This document shows positions 61,293 through 64,000 of a DNA stretch of 64,000 bases, piece by piece. The stretch lies in NCBI RefSeq assembly GCF_009914755.1, contig NC_060930.1, one strand, 5' to 3'. The first letter of the stretch is position 1; each line of letters begins with the position of its first letter. The DNA comes from the human T2T-CHM13v2.0 reference genome, Homo sapiens. The notes below the pieces were generated by a model. It worked only from the letters and a program-made list of their open reading frames with translations, made no database searches and was not told where the DNA came from. The translations under genes and the position numbers were made by a program.

Positions 61293-62552
61293 CATAAAGA
61301 ACAAAGCAAGGCCAGGTATGAGGGCGCTTTGGGAAGTGAGGGGCATGATACCAAAGCGAGGCCTTACAAAAGGCAGTGCCAGTGTTAGAACCCTCAGGAC
61401 TCGGCATCCTCATCAGTTCCTGGGTGTGCTTTGTGCATACTAATACTGCAAAAGTTTAACCAAGTTCAAGAAAATGGTATTCATCAGACGGCCAGGAGAA
61501 TGAGGAACTGGATGAAGTGAAGCTCTTGCTCCAAAGGAATGTCTGGCACAGAGTCCTTGTTTCCAGAACTTTCCAGCGCTGGCAGGTGTGAGATTGTGCA
61601 GTCACTGAGCGCCTTGCCAAGGAGATTCGGTGCTAACTGCTGAACATGAAGGGGAAAGTCCCTTGGTGGGCCGTGTGTGCTGTTAAAGGCAAGTCACAGA
61701 AGAGGGTACAATAAATACCAGTTCCAAAAACACTTTGCAGGCTTTGGGTCTTGGCCAATTACAGAGGCGGAGTGTTTTGGCCCGCTTCAAAGTATGGGAG
61801 AAAAGAGTGATGAGACAAAGCTCATCTCCTAGCATTCCTTTTATAACGTTCTGCGTGCACCAGGGGTCTCATAGCACAAGGTGAAAATATTTGAAAAGAA
61901 AGGAAAAGAAAAAAAAAGGACTGGTTTATATTCATAAAGCTGAAGCCTTTGAATATCATCTTTTCCTCCCTGTACCCACCTTAAACACAGTGAGGGTTCC
62001 AGCCTTCTTTGGAGTCCAGCTTTAATTATGCTGCACAATTATTCTTGTTGTATGCTTTGACCTTGAGTTAGAGATCTGCTTCCAAACAACTCCCAGTCTC
62101 AATTCTTCCTAGTGACAAAATGGAGCTACTGCAGTGGATGATGAATGCATTCACAGGTACCCCACTTACGGAAGGGGAATGAGACAGGGGTGCCCTTGGG
62201 TCTGCAGGTCGGCCAAGGTGAAGCGCAAAGGATGTGACTGTGGCCAAACAAATGCAGGCATTTTGGTTCTGAGTTTCGTTTTTCCTGGTCAGCCTCTTTT
62301 CCTACCCCTCTTTAATCTGCCCCAATGCTTGATGGCATAATTATTTCAAGGTAGGTAATGATGGAAAGCCCGGTAAACAACTGACCTCAAACAAAACCCT
62401 CTCCTGTTCTTACATCCTGTGGTCAGCAGAGGTAGCAAGGTAGCAATTAATTAAACTTTTAATGCTTGCTGTTTCTGTTGGCCACAAACCCACAAAGGCT
62501 TTGGTGTAAAAACAGTGGCCACTAATCACAGCTCTCTGTTTCCCTGGGTTTA

Positions 62553-62872
<320 letters not shown>

Positions 62873-63384
62873 CTAGCCAAGGAGCAAGGGGGGACAAGGA
62901 GAATGGGGCCTCTGCACTTCCGGATCTGTGTCCTCCCGCAGCGGAGCAGCAAAAGACTCCACCATCCCAGCTTCTCTCCCGTTGATAGATACAGCAAACT
63001 AAATCCTCTCCAGCTCTTTCTGGGCAGAATAGCTCACATTTATATCTGATGTGGCCTCATTTTCCATTAGCATTTTTTAAAACTCCCTTTCACTACAGAG
63101 AGACAGTTCTTTTTCTTTCCTGTGGAATTAAGTTCTAACACATGACCGAGGAGGTAGATCGCTCCTCAACAGAAAGTCTGGGCGTTGTATACATTGGAAT
63201 AAAATTAGCTCTGTGAGGGTGACGTATCCAGCACCTCAGTGAAAATAAGAACACTCTGAATCGAAAACCAGGATTGGCCTTAAAAAGGAAAAGGAAGAAA
63301 ATCACATCTATAAAGCATTTGATAGCTTATACAATTTTTTAAGTGAAAATTTTGGGGTTTTTCTTTGGTTTGGTGTAAGTTTTA

Positions 63385-63620
63385 CAAACAATCCATCGAA
63401 GGAGGTATTGTATGAGTTTCATTTTACAGTTAAGGAACTTGGCTTAGAAATATTAAGTGATTTACCCCACTCTCACAGCTAATAAATAGTGACTTACGCC
63501 ACCCACCTAACTAGTAAATAGTGGCTTATCCAACTCACTCAGCTAGTAAATAGTGACTTACCTAACTCACCCAGCTGGCCAATGGAAGAACCAGGACTGG
63601 AATCCAAGCCCTTAACCAAA
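63385..63620 (-). mobile_element. MIR with internal tandem amplification
   Basis: cattttacagttaaggaacttggcttagaaatattaagtgatttaccc...ccaggactggaatccaag. Confidence 0.7.
63456..63578. repeat. 32-bp minisatellite, ~3.8 units
   Basis: Units start at 63456, 63488, 63520 and 63552; consensus roughly agtgacttacccaactcacccagctagtaaat. Confidence 0.88.
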
Positions 63621-64000
63621 CTTAGCTTGTTCCTTTCACCCCTGCCACTGCTGTTTACGGGGTCTCTGTGGGCTTTGATGCTTTCAGCAGAATGGGAGCC
63701 TGTCTGTCTCTACCATCTCTACTCAGACAGTTGACTTTGTACGTTCCTATTATTTTAGGGCTTTCCAGAAAGGCACAACCCAGAGGCATTTGGAACTCGC
63801 TGGTAAAAATCAACCAGCGTGATTAGCGTTATTTCAACAGGTGAGGAGACTGCCCTTCCGATTGTTGAAGCCGGAGTCCAGACATTTAGGGAAGCCACTG
63901 CTTGAGTCCTCTCTCACCAGTGATTAGGCTGTGCTCAGCCCAGGCAGCTCAGGAAATAGTATGAGAAAAGCTTGAACTCAGAATACATAGTGAAGGACGT

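Noticed and set aside
63456-63578. CRISPR-like repeat/spacer pattern
   Set aside because: The 'spacers' are homologous to each other, the context is a primate MIR, and there are no cas genes; it is a minisatellite.

Overview
Primate (human-like) non-coding genomic DNA, intergenic or deep intronic. I cannot name the locus. I find no supportable cellular exon, RNA gene or CRISPR array. The only real coding signal is a 5'-truncated L1PA ORF2 C-terminal segment at 49267-50391; the other ORFs in the track are Alu/LTR/L1-derived or look like chance ORFs. The window is dominated by transposon fossils: about 35 Alus (23 on -, 12 on +), several L1 pieces (an old ~5.4 kb L1M with nested insertions, an L1PA with a twin-priming inversion, an L1PA with an 18-bp TSD), MaLR LTRs (MLT1/MST), solo LTRs (MER41-like, LTR43/MER50-like, two MER39/MER34-like, one LTR47-like), DNA transposons (MER58A, MER5A, Tigger3b, Tigger4b), L2/MIR/L3 relics and microsatellites. 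Subfamily names come from recalled consensus sequences and need Dfam confirmation. I do not see a clearly new biological system. The best leads are: a compact structured cassette at 19383-19478 (10-bp hairpin of paired E2-boxes joined to 3x14-bp TAATTA repeats); a 32-bp minisatellite born from a MIR core at 63456-63578; an orphan CpG-rich promoter-like patch at ~53840-54020; repeated Alu insertion into the same target site in two LTRs; tightly spaced inverted Alu pairs; and several strong immune/stress TF motifs in unique DNA.
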